A stretch of 64,000 bases of DNA from Clostridia bacterium (GCA_017429985.1 JAFRNW010000011.1:3995-67994); one strand, 5' to 3'; counted from the first letter of the stretch, positions 1 through 7,962 are shown. The notes: a model not told the origin generated them from the letters alone. Numbers and translations are program-made.

Positions 1-94
1 GCTGCGTTTCGTGAAAGTATTCAAGCGCCCTGTATTTGGATCCGTGCCGGACCCTGCTCAGACTCATTTCCTTTCCAGTTCCCTTACTTTTTTT
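1..94 (-). CDS. IS3-family transposase OrfB, N-terminal fragment reached by -1 frameshift (partial)
   Basis: After the A7 run the -1 frame reads SKGTGKEMSLSRVRHGSKYRALEYFHETQ with no stop to the window edge. This layout is typical of IS3 OrfAB. Confidence 0.5.
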
Positions 95-738
95 AACAGC
101 TCTACCGTCCGTTTTTCTTCTTCCAGCAATCGTTTCAGACGCAGGTTCTCCCGACGCAAACGTTCCATTTCATTCAATTCTTCATCTGTTTTGCGCTTGC
201 CGCGATTATCTTTTAAGCCGTCTTCTCCTTTGTCTTCATACTTCTTCACCCAGTCGTACACCTGAGAATATGAAACACCGAATCTCGCCGCAGTGTCTTT
301 GTAATTCCTCTCATGTTCGAGACAGTACTCAACAATGTCGATTCGTTCTTCCTTCGTCGTTTTCCTTCCGGATCCTGCCATATAGACCTCCCGCTTCGGA
401 TCGTATTCCCTGAGTTCCATATTGGCATTATATCGCTTAATCCATCTCCGCAGAACTATGCGGCTGGGAATATCATACTTTGCACAGATCTCATTCTATG
501 ACGCTTCCCCGGCCAGATATTCCTCAACACATTTCCGCTTGAATTCCGCCGAATATGTCCTGTTGCCCACGTTCGTAAACGTCGAGATCCCGTTTTGTCT
601 GTACCTCATTACCCATTCCTCGACTCTCGTGTGACCGATCCCATATTCTTTTGCCAGTGATTTATATCTGCCTTCTCCATTTAGATATCTTAAGCATATC
701 TCTTCGTACCATTCCGGCGGATGCTTTCGTTGCGGCAT
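64..738 (-). pseudogene. IS3-family transposase OrfA with one in-frame TAG (496..498)
   Basis: ORFs 496..774 and 64..420 are in the same frame (711 nt). The read-through sequence is ..EEYLAGEAS*NEICAKYDIPSRIVLRRWIKRYNANMELREY.., i.e. a second HTH spans the stop. RBS GAGGGGG precedes the ATG at 738. The leucine-zipper-like tail is LRRENLRLKRLLEEE. Confidence 0.8.
88..94 (-). promoter_or_regulatory. A AAA AAA slippery heptamer, candidate programmed -1 ribosomal frameshift site (OrfA to OrfAB)
   Basis: The minus strand reads CTG TTA AAA AAA GTA, 9 codons before the orfA stop. The -1 frame stays open downstream. Confidence 0.6.
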
Positions 739-850
739 ATACAAACCCCCTCTGAAGTAGTTTCGTTTTTTCAAGTGTCTACTTTAGAGGGAGCATATCA
801 AATATCCGGTCTTCTTGCGTTTTTTGAAAAAGACTTCGCTGTGATACGGT

Positions 851-2032
851 TCAGACCCCGGAGGGCTTCTTCGGAGCGGAGGGTCTGCGGCGCCTTCTGC
901 TGTTCAGTTTCGCGTTTTTTGAAAACTCCTTCTGCTTCTGCTCCAGTTCAACCGCCGGTTTCTTCGGCTGCTGCGGCTCGGCGGGAGCGGACGGTCTTCC
1001 GGTCTGACCGGCCGTCTTCTCCTGCTTCTTTCCGGAATCCGGTCGGCTTTGCTTCGGCTGATCCGGCTTTGCGGCCTTCGGTTTTCTGGATCTCTTCCGC
1101 TTCGGTTTCGGCTTCTCCGAATCCGCCTGGGCTTTCGGCGTCTCGGGGGGAATATACTCGGGACGCATCGTGGGTTTCTCCGGTTCCTTCTCTTCGGAAG
1201 GCGGCGGAACGGGCAGCGGTTCACCCGGCTGTGCGAGCAGGGTATAGTGATATTCACGCAGTTCAACCGTGCCGTCGGGGAGCGTCATTTTCACCTTGGT
1301 TTTTTCCGTAATGGCATTGTTCTCGACAACATGTCCGATCCCGTCCGGTGTCTGGATATCCTTGCCGACGCGGGGCATTCTCTGCTTGGTCTCCTCATAG
1401 GCTGCCTCTTCATACTGCAGACAGCACATGAGCCTTCCGCAGAGTCCGGAAATCTTGGTGGGGCTCAGGGATAGATTCTGCTCTTTCGCCATCTTGATGG
1501 AGACCGGTCGGAACGTATCCAGGAAGCTGTTGCAGCAGACAGGTCTCCCGCAGGGTCCGAGTCCGCCGAGAAGCTTCGCTTCGTCCCTGACGCCGATCTG
1601 CCTCAGTTCGATCCGTGTCCGGAATTCGCTTGCCAGGTCCTTGACCAGTTCTCTGAAATCCACGCGCTCGTCCGCGGTGAAGAAGAATACGACCTTGCTG
1701 CCGTCAAACGAATACTCAACGCCGATCAGCTTCATATCCAGCTGATGCTTTGCAATTTTCTTCTTGCAGATTTCAAACGCCTCTCCCTCTTTGGAAGAGT
1801 ATTCCTCCCGCATGCGCTTGTCTTCGTCCGTCGCGATCCTGACGATCGGCTTCAGAGGCTGAACGACAAACTCATCCGCGACTTCATGCGGCATTTTCAC
1901 GATCTCCCCGAACTCCGTGCCGCGTGCGGTTTCAACGATAACGCTGTCCCCCTCGTGCAGTTCAAAATCGCCCGGGTCAAAATAATAAGCGCGTCCGCTT
2001 GTCGGAAACCGAACGCTGATAACCGTTGTCAT
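851..2032 (-). CDS. yaaT: PSP1-domain protein YaaT/RicT with a long Pro/Lys-rich C-terminal tail
   Basis: MTTVISVRFPTSGRAYYFDPG start. Cys clusters GPCGRPVCCNSFL and GLCGRLMCCLQYE. 4-nt overlap with the holB stop. Confidence 0.9.
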   Translation of the reverse strand: MTTVISVRFPTSGRAYYFDPGDFELHEGDSVIVETARGTEFGEIVKMPHEVADEFVVQPLKPIVRIATDEDKRMREEYSSKEGEAFEICKKKIAKHQLDMKLIGVEYSFDGSKVVFFFTADERVDFRELVKDLASEFRTRIELRQIGVRDEAKLLGGLGPCGRPVCCNSFLDTFRPVSIKMAKEQNLSLSPTKISGLCGRLMCCLQYEEAAYEETKQRMPRVGKDIQTPDGIGHVVENNAITEKTKVKMTLPDGTVELREYHYTLLAQPGEPLPVPPPSEEKEPEKPTMRPEYIPPETPKAQADSEKPKPKRKRSRKPKAAKPDQPKQSRPDSGKKQEKTAGQTGRPSAPAEPQQPKKPAVELEQKQKEFSKNAKLNSRRRRRPSAPKKPSGV

Positions 2033-3042
2033 TTATGATTCCTTTCCCTTACCATCAGCATATATGTCAGTGCAGAGTCAACTGCAAGATTCGGATTCAT
2101 ATTGAATACTGTATCTTTCTGAATCTCCAAAATCTTTCTAATCATATCCAAAATATCGGCTTTTGTAAAGTTCCCGCAGATCCTCCGGACGAGTTCCTCG
2201 TGGTCGGTGTTCATCAGTCTTCCCCCTTCGTCCGCTACCATGGCGTCCCGGATCAGAGAAGCCATGACAGACAGTGCGATCGGGGCGTTCGACTTGGAGA
2301 TCCTCTTTTTTTCCAGCTCTTCGTCGATCTCCGCGTCAACCTCATTCTCGCTGATATCGTCCGCCATCCTTTTCGGAAGGTCTATGACGAAAACTTCCGT
2401 TTTCTGAAGGAACTTCGTGCCCGACACAAAGGAAACGTTACCGAACAGAGCGCTTTCCACCAGCGAAATGACACCCTCCCGGAATTCAAAATAGGGAGAA
2501 TCGCACATTTTCCTTGCGAGTCCCTCGATTCCGTCCGACAGAGACGCAGCCAGTTCCGCATCCTTCGGAATGACATGCTCGCGGATCAGCTTCCCTGCGA
2601 TTTCCTGTTCGCTGCCTGCGCCCATTCTCCAGATCGCGCAGCGCGAACGGATCGTCATTTCTATTCCGTCTTCATTCCCCGTCAGCACGAACAGCGTGTT
2701 GTCCGGAGGCTCTTCCAGCGTCTTCAGAAGCGCGTTCTGCGCCACGACGGTCATCTTATGCACATCCCGCAGCATAAAGGCGCGTCTTCCGTTTGAAAAA
2801 GCGCCGGAGGCCGTATCCTCCTCGATCGCCCGGACGTCCGCCATGGAGATAAAAGCATACTCCCTGTAATCCGGAAACCGGTCCAGCCGTTCATCCGGGA
2901 TCGGGGATGTCGTCTCCAGACAATAGGCGCCGCACATCCGTCTGGCGAGCTCATGGCGCCCGCTCCCTTCCGGTCCGACGATCAGTATCGCGTGCGGAAT
3001 CCTTCCGCGCTTCATGCTTTCAAGTAATGTCAGCTCATTCAT
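2029..3042 (-). CDS. holB: DNA polymerase III delta-prime subunit
   Basis: IPHAILIVGPEGSGRHELA P-loop-like motif, and position immediately upstream of yaaT as in Firmicutes. Confidence 0.8.
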   Translation of the reverse strand: MNELTLLESMKRGRIPHAILIVGPEGSGRHELARRMCGAYCLETTSPIPDERLDRFPDYREYAFISMADVRAIEEDTASGAFSNGRRAFMLRDVHKMTVVAQNALLKTLEEPPDNTLFVLTGNEDGIEMTIRSRCAIWRMGAGSEQEIAGKLIREHVIPKDAELAASLSDGIEGLARKMCDSPYFEFREGVISLVESALFGNVSFVSGTKFLQKTEVFVIDLPKRMADDISENEVDAEIDEELEKKRISKSNAPIALSVMASLIRDAMVADEGGRLMNTDHEELVRRICGNFTKADILDMIRKILEIQKDTVFNMNPNLAVDSALTYMLMVRERNHK

Positions 3043-4201
3043 CTGCCGTTTCCGCCGTCTGTATGTTCACATCTGCAGGTATCCCTGTTTTTCCCGTTCC
3101 GTCCGGCATCTCTTCGAGCGCATGCAGAAGCCGCGCGTACCAGTCGGGATCGTCCTCCGGTCCGGTAACCAGCAGGACTCTTTTCCGGTCTGCGCATTCC
3201 GCAAGGATGTTCCGTCCGGCCAGGTATGCCATCGCCTCGGAACCGGTTTGTTTCCTGCCCGATACATCCAGCACGATTCTGGAAGCGTCATGATCCGTGG
3301 CCCCTCTCAGTTCCGGGCCGGGCAGCGTTCTGAATCCGGGCAAAGCGTCGATCTTCGCCTGAATTCTCGCGATGAAATCGAGATGTGCGTCCCATGCCCT
3401 TCCCGACGCGGTATGAACCGCCCAGTCCATGGAGGCAAGGATCAGGCTGGAAGGATCCGGATCCTCTTCTTCCGCAAGCCGCCTCACCCTTTCAGGATCG
3501 ATTCCGCAGGGGTTCAGATGGATCACCGCCGCCTGGTTCAGGGCGTTCATGCCCGTATACGGGCAGTGGCAGACGAGGTCCGCATACGGAGCGGCAGATT
3601 CCGGCAGCCGTCTGGACAGCGGAAAATGCGGGCCGAGGGACGCATCGACCAGCAGCAGCGCGCCGAGGCTATGAACTGCTTCCGCGATCCCGGGGATATC
3701 CACGCAATAGCCGTACGGATCCGGCGACTGCAGAATTACTGCTCCCGCTCCGGTCCGGTCGAGCGCTTCCGCAATCTGATCCGGAACCGGCATGCAGAAC
3801 CGTTCCATCGCAGGATCTTTTCCCGTCCGCAGGACACTCGTTCTTAAGCCGGACATATCCAGCGCGGAGAACATCTTTCCGTTGCTTCCTTCCGAAATAA
3901 GAACCTTCTCCTTGGGCGGAAGCGCGCGGAGCATGACCCGCAGTGCGGACGCCTCGCCCCCCGTCAGGAGGAAAGAGTGCGCCGTGTGATAGAACGAACT
4001 GTAACGTCGGGCAATGTCCGGAATGGCATCCCCCTGTTCACGGATCCATGAGGCCCTGACATCCCATTTGGCCAGCTCATCCCGAAAGAAAGCCAGCCCC
4101 CTGCCCTTGTGGGCAGGCATACAAAAAAGAGCCGCGTCCGACTGCGCGTATTCTCCGAGGATCCTCGGCAATCTTCTGGTTATCTGCGGGCTTTTTTCCA
4201 C
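3035..4201 (-). CDS. Orn/Lys/Arg decarboxylase-family (YaaO-like) homolog, apparently lacking the PLP lysine
   Basis: FCMPAHKGRG and LLVDASLGPHF resemble the fold-I decarboxylase major domain. There is no lysine anywhere between ..LRTGKDP.. and ..RIQAKID.. (about 170 residues). Confidence 0.6.
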   Translation of the reverse strand: MEKSPQITRRLPRILGEYAQSDAALFCMPAHKGRGLAFFRDELAKWDVRASWIREQGDAIPDIARRYSSFYHTAHSFLLTGGEASALRVMLRALPPKEKVLISEGSNGKMFSALDMSGLRTSVLRTGKDPAMERFCMPVPDQIAEALDRTGAGAVILQSPDPYGYCVDIPGIAEAVHSLGALLLVDASLGPHFPLSRRLPESAAPYADLVCHCPYTGMNALNQAAVIHLNPCGIDPERVRRLAEEEDPDPSSLILASMDWAVHTASGRAWDAHLDFIARIQAKIDALPGFRTLPGPELRGATDHDASRIVLDVSGRKQTGSEAMAYLAGRNILAECADRKRVLLVTGPEDDPDWYARLLHALEEMPDGTGKTGIPADVNIQTAETADE

Positions 4202-4704
4202 TGTTTCAGAATGTTCTCCTGCATTTCTTGAGACGGGCTGATCAGCAGCATATCCGTCTTTTTACCGTTTTTGAACAGCAGCGCTGTGGTGTTCTCCTTC
4301 TTCCCGTGATACGACTTATGCCGGCTGTCCGTTTTTTCCCCGTTCATTTTCTCATAGGGTCCGATCCGAACGATATCGACCAGATGGATCTGATGATCCG
4401 GCCTTGCCTTCTTTCCGATCACACGCTCAACCGAAAGCATCCGTTCCGTCAGCGTATAGCGGTAAACGACCAGCTTCTTTTTATACAGCCATACCGCAAA
4501 CAGGCACAGGACGATATACAGAACAACCTGGGCGAGAATGCGGGGGATGTTAAACAGTACCTGCACCACCGATACGATCAGGATTACAGCAATAACAAGA
4601 AACGCAACCACGACAAAAAACAGAAAATCGCTCTTGATGAATTTCTTGGAAGGAATAATCTCCTCCGTATATAAGACTTGTACAGTTTCATTATCCATAT
4701 TCAT
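4180..4704 (-). CDS. Hypothetical membrane protein (2 TM helices plus a small soluble C-terminal domain)
   Basis: Hydrophobic stretches FLFFVVVAFLVIAVILIVSVV and VVLYIVLCLFAVWLY. No family recognised. Confidence 0.5.
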   Translation of the reverse strand: MNMDNETVQVLYTEEIIPSKKFIKSDFLFFVVVAFLVIAVILIVSVVQVLFNIPRILAQVVLYIVLCLFAVWLYKKKLVVYRYTLTERMLSVERVIGKKARPDHQIHLVDIVRIGPYEKMNGEKTDSRHKSYHGKKENTTALLFKNGKKTDMLLISPSQEMQENILKQWKKARR

Positions 4705-4748
4705 ACTTTTTTTGACATGGAATGTGGTACTGTTCGATACTGTTTCAA

Positions 4749-5165
4749 TTATCCGATTTTCTGCAGTAAGGCTTCCTGCAATACTCGAGAAAAATTAATC
4801 CCCTGGAGCTCTGCCTTTTCTGCAAGCCATGCTGGCAAAGTACAGTTTTTCTTTACAGCTTTATTTCGAAGTTTAGCGCGATAAGTATCAAAGTCTACAT
4901 CGACATACGTTAATGTACCTTGAGAATAATCAAAGATATCATCAGCATCTGCTTTTGCTTTCTGAATTGCCTCTTCTTTTGAGGATACTTCAGGAAACTC
5001 CTGATTATGTTCAAGTCTATATACACCGTCAAGCGCTATAGCATCACGTGCCATTTCAATAGCATCAAAGAAGCTGTCACCTTCTGTATATATTTCAAAA
5101 TCAGGAATATAAACCAAATAATCTGAATCTTTTTGCGCAATAAAAACAGCATATACGTTTTTCAT
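4749..5165 (-). CDS. hicB: Type II antitoxin HicB family
   Basis: VYAVFIAQKDSDYLVYIPDFEIYTEGDSFFDAIEMARDAI HicB-like N-domain. RHH-like tail LPAWLAEKAELQGINFSRVLQEALLQKI. RBS GAAAGGAGG lies before the ATG at 5165. Confidence 0.8.
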   Translation of the reverse strand: MKNVYAVFIAQKDSDYLVYIPDFEIYTEGDSFFDAIEMARDAIALDGVYRLEHNQEFPEVSSKEEAIQKAKADADDIFDYSQGTLTYVDVDFDTYRAKLRNKAVKKNCTLPAWLAEKAELQGINFSRVLQEALLQKIG

Positions 5166-5226
5166 GTTTTGTCCTCCTTTCAAAACAGTTTTTTATGAAT
5201 TGCCTCCCATGATTTTGAGAAAGAAA

Positions 5227-5406
5227 TTAATGCAATCCCCATTTTCTCATAATCTTCTTGGCTGTAATTTCGTTGATTTCTGTGTGCCTTGGAATTTGTT
5301 CCTTTTTCCCGTCTCGTATGTAAGTATCGTGGTTCCCACCGTGTTCCAAAAAAACAAATCCAGCTTCTTCTAACTTCTTGATCAAATCCCTTCGTTTCAA
5401 GGGCAT
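5227..5406 (-). CDS. hicA: Type II toxin HicA (mRNA interferase)
   Basis: LKRRDLIKKLEEAGFVFLEHGGNHDTY..IPRH motif. 59 aa, directly upstream of hicB. Confidence 0.85.
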   Translation of the reverse strand: MPLKRRDLIKKLEEAGFVFLEHGGNHDTYIRDGKKEQIPRHTEINEITAKKIMRKWGLH

Positions 5407-5423
5407 CACCCCTTTTCGCTATC

Positions 5424-5452
5424 ATTATACGTATCAAATGCGTATATGTCAA
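5424..5452 (-). promoter_or_regulatory. Consensus sigma-A type promoter of hicAB with an embedded inverted repeat
   Basis: The minus strand reads TTGACA-17 nt-TATAAT. The spacer plus -10 contains TATACG..N9..CGTATA. Confidence 0.6.
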
Positions 5453-5479
5453 CAAATAATGCAAGTCGTTTTTCCTTTC

Positions 5480-5921
5480 TTATTCCATACCGGCATCACC
5501 AGAAACGTCTCGCAGTATCTCGAAGTTGGCCATGTTGCGCACAGCCTCGACAGCGCGGATCCCACTCTCCCTGGCGTGTTTGCTCCGCCTGCCGTGCTTC
5601 CTGGTACTCCTGACTAGCCTCCATGAAGTCACGGTACAGTTGGGAATGACTTTCCGGGTCATTGACCATGCTGCGCGCCTGCTCGGCAAGGTTCTGAAGG
5701 TTGCTGTACATCTTCGACAGGCGCTGACGGTTCCTTGCTTGCTCCGCTTCAAAATTCTTGACCCGTACCTGTACTTTACTGGACTCAGATTCGACTATGT
5801 TCTTCAGCTGCTCTGTCAGTTTATACCCCTCAGGAGTTGCAAGAAAACTGGCGTCTGCTGCCATCTGGTCCATGAGGTTCGGACAGTTCGTCCGAGCTTC
5901 CTCACTCAACCCGGCCTTCAT
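5480..5921 (-). pseudogene. Frameshifted coiled-coil ORF, possible remnant of a mobile-element gene
   Basis: Frame A (5496..5921) is protein-like up to ..QEYQEARQAEQ and then becomes Arg/Cys/Trp-rich. The overlapping frame 5480..5752 becomes protein-like from ..ARESGIRAVEAVRNMANFEILRDVSGDAGME. The implied shift is near 5575..5590. Confidence 0.4.
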
Positions 5922-5948
5922 GACCGCGTCTATGTATCCGCCGATATC

Positions 5949-6032
5949 GACCGTTTACGCACCGCATTGTTCAAAATCCCGTAAAAAAGTGTAACCATAG
6001 CAGCGTAAATTAGCGTGAATTACCGTAAATAG
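5949..6032. repeat. CGTAAA-core repeats, including three tandem 10-bp units
   Basis: gcgtaaatta / gcgtgaatta / ccgtaaatag at 6003..6032, a further ccgtaaaa at 5979..5986, and an inverted copy tttacg at 5954..5959. Confidence 0.6.
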
Positions 6033-6037
6033 ATTAT

Positions 6038-6069
6038 GAAAAAAGCCCAGAAATAGGGCTTTTCTGGGC
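6038..6069 (-). terminator. Rho-independent terminator downstream of tRNA-Asn
   Basis: 9-bp stem GCCCAGAAA/TTTCTGGGC with a 7-nt loop, followed on the minus strand by a U-run. Confidence 0.7.
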
Positions 6070-6076
6070 ATAAAAA

Positions 6077-6152
6077 TGGCTCCCCCTGTTGGACTCGAAC
6101 CAACGACACTGCGGTTAACAGCCGCATGCTCTACCGACTGAGCTAAGGAGGA
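6077..6152 (-). tRNA. tRNA-Asn (anticodon GTT), CCA encoded
   Basis: The cloverleaf was checked by hand: acceptor TCCTCCT/AGGGGGA, anticodon loop CTGTTAA, T-arm GTTGG TTCGAGT CCAAC. Confidence 0.95.
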
Positions 6153-6167
6153 ACGTCAGCATTGATT

Positions 6168-6196
6168 AGAATACACCCCGCATCGGAATAATGCAA
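6168..6196 (-). promoter_or_regulatory. Candidate promoter of tRNA-Asn
   Basis: The minus strand reads TTGCAT-17 nt-TATTCT, ending about 15 nt before the tRNA 5' end. Confidence 0.4.
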
Positions 6197-6398
6197 GGGG
6201 TTTTATAAAATTTTTTTATGATCGGGAATGCTCCCCGAGACGCGCAACCACGCCGTGTGCGCGCAGAAGCAGGCACACACCGCAGGAACCCGCGTCTGCG
6301 GGGAATCCGCCGAACGGATCGTTTCCACCGGAAACTGTACTTTGCCGGTATGTCTGCCGCATCGCATGAAACTGCGGCGTCACGGATCCGGACCGGGA

Positions 6399-6755
6399 TT
6401 ATTTCCCTTTATAGGCGATCGCTTTGGAATCCGTATCCCAGAGATACTCCATGTTATAGTACTGGCGCTCGTCCTTGTGGAAGATATGCACAAGAATATC
6501 GCCGTAATCCATTACGATCCAGCGCCCTTCCGAGTATCCCTCCTTGCGCCGGAGTTCAAGACCGAGTTCGTTCTCCTTCTCCTCCAGCCCGTCGCTGATT
6601 GCCTTTACCTGCGGTGCGGTATTGCCCTCGCAGATCACAAACCACTCCGCTATGATCGTTTTGTCCCCGACAGGAATCGCAATGATATCCCCTGCCTTTT
6701 TGTTGTACAGTGCCTCACAGATGCCATCTACTGTCTTTTCGATGTTGCCGTTCAA
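6399..6755 (-). CDS. rsfS: Ribosome silencing factor RsfS (iojap family)
   Basis: ..WIVMDYGDILVHIFHKDERQYYNMEYLW.. signature. 4-nt overlap with the upstream nadD/yqeK gene. Confidence 0.9.
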   Translation of the reverse strand: MNGNIEKTVDGICEALYNKKAGDIIAIPVGDKTIIAEWFVICEGNTAPQVKAISDGLEEKENELGLELRRKEGYSEGRWIVMDYGDILVHIFHKDERQYYNMEYLWDTDSKAIAYKGK

Positions 6756-7876
6756 AGCGCACTCTCCTTCCTTTTAAAGTATTGTATTGCTCTGCCCGCC
6801 GCCGGATGTATCGCGGCGTTTTTCTCTCTCAGATACCGGTCCTCATAGACCAGCGCGACCAGCATGCCGTGTTCCAGACTCTGCCATACCGCGTCGCGAA
6901 TCGCGTTCACGGACGGGAAATCCCTCCCGTGCTCCGTCATGTCCGCCAGGAATATCAGCATATCAAGATCCGACATTCCTTCGTCCCCGGTGCAGTGAAG
7001 CCGGATCGCCTGCAGGACCTCCGGATCCTCGATCCCGTAATCCGTCCTCGCAATGACTGCGCCGGCTGGCGCGTGCAGGATGGCGGGGATGTATTCCGAC
7101 TCGCCGGAAAGCGCAAACTGCTCCTTCTTATCCATGCATTTCGCGCAGTCATGAAGAAGCGCCGCCAGCCTTGCCTTTTCCGGATCGACTCCGAAGCGTT
7201 CCGCGTAGTCCGCCGCCTGCTCCATGACCCGGCACACATGACTGTACCGGTCCGGTGTGAGCGCTGCTCTCAATCTGCTCTGGATCTCTCTTATGCCCTG
7301 CGGGAAATAAAAACCCTGTTCATAAATGAAATCCTCGACTCCCTGCGGAACCATTCCTGTAACCGGAAGTCCGGAAAACAGCCTTTGCCTGATTTCGGTG
7401 GCGGAGATCCCTCTGGCGGATACGGAAAGAAACAGAAGGTCCCCCGCCTCTTCCTTCAGACCGGTCCTGTCTGATCCCTCCCGGAGGACTACCGCAATTT
7501 TCGCGCGGGAAACGATGTCTTCGTAGCGGTACCAGCCTTTCAGTCCGGGAACCTTGTCGCTGCCGATGATGAGATAGAACTCTGATCCCGGATACGCCGT
7601 CTCCAGCGCGTCCAGCGTTTCAGCCGTATAATTCATCCCGCCGCGGACGATCTCCCAATCGCACACTTCCAGTCCGGGAATGTCCTTCGCGGCGATCCCG
7701 GCCATTTTGAGACGCATCTCCGCAGGCGCTGCCTCGGCATTCGGCTTGTTCGGCGATGTTCCGGCAACCATGATGATCAATTTATCCAGATGCAGCTCTC
7801 CGATCGCCTGCTCAGCGATTTCCAGATGGGCAGAATGGATCGGATCAAAAGAACCGCCAAAGACGCCGATACGCAT
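6752..7876 (-). CDS. nadD: Fusion of nicotinate-nucleotide adenylyltransferase NadD and HD-domain phosphohydrolase YqeK
   Basis: N-terminal GVFGGSFDPIHSAHL and C-terminal ..ARLAALLHDCAK.. HD domain in a single 374-aa ORF. Confidence 0.85.
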   Translation of the reverse strand: MRIGVFGGSFDPIHSAHLEIAEQAIGELHLDKLIIMVAGTSPNKPNAEAAPAEMRLKMAGIAAKDIPGLEVCDWEIVRGGMNYTAETLDALETAYPGSEFYLIIGSDKVPGLKGWYRYEDIVSRAKIAVVLREGSDRTGLKEEAGDLLFLSVSARGISATEIRQRLFSGLPVTGMVPQGVEDFIYEQGFYFPQGIREIQSRLRAALTPDRYSHVCRVMEQAADYAERFGVDPEKARLAALLHDCAKCMDKKEQFALSGESEYIPAILHAPAGAVIARTDYGIEDPEVLQAIRLHCTGDEGMSDLDMLIFLADMTEHGRDFPSVNAIRDAVWQSLEHGMLVALVYEDRYLREKNAAIHPAAGRAIQYFKRKESAL

Positions 7877-7901
7877 TCAGTCAGATCCTTTTTTTGAAAT
7901 C

Positions 7902-7930
7902 ATTATAATATGGCCCTTTTTTCCTTTCAA
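7902..7930 (-). promoter_or_regulatory. Candidate promoter of nadD-yqeK/rsfS
   Basis: The minus strand reads TTGAAA-17 nt-TATAAT. Confidence 0.55.
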
Positions 7931-7931
7931 C

Positions 7932-7962
7932 TAAAAATCCCGACATGGCTGTACATGCCGGG
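7932..7962 (-). terminator. Rho-independent terminator after ispH-rpsA
   Basis: CCCGGCAUG/CAUGUCGGG 9-bp stem (one G-U pair) followed by AUUUUUAG. Confidence 0.65.

Larger units (their letters stand above)
1..853 (-). mobile_element. Partial IS3-family (IS150-like) insertion sequence, cut by the left window edge
   Basis: Two-HTH OrfA at 64..738, an A7 slippery run at 88..94, and a -1 frame open from 94 to base 1. GC is visibly lower than in flanking DNA. The outer end is inferred at ~853, where the minus strand reads TGAACCGTATCAC (TG.. terminus typical of the IS3 family). The other end is outside the window, so the inverted repeat cannot be confirmed. Confidence 0.75.

Noticed and set aside
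496-498. In-frame TAG in IS3 orfA read as pyrrolysine.
   Set aside because: There are no pyl genes or methylamine methyltransferases in the window. The position corresponds to a hydrophobic HTH residue, and a single-base change from TTG explains it. A dead IS copy is the simpler reading.
4700-4748. Direct repeat TACTGTT-N3-TACTGTT (4728..4744) as the distal att site of a tRNA-Asn island.
   Set aside because: It has no similarity to the tRNA-Asn 3' end. It is more likely part of the promoter or operator region of the downstream membrane-protein gene.
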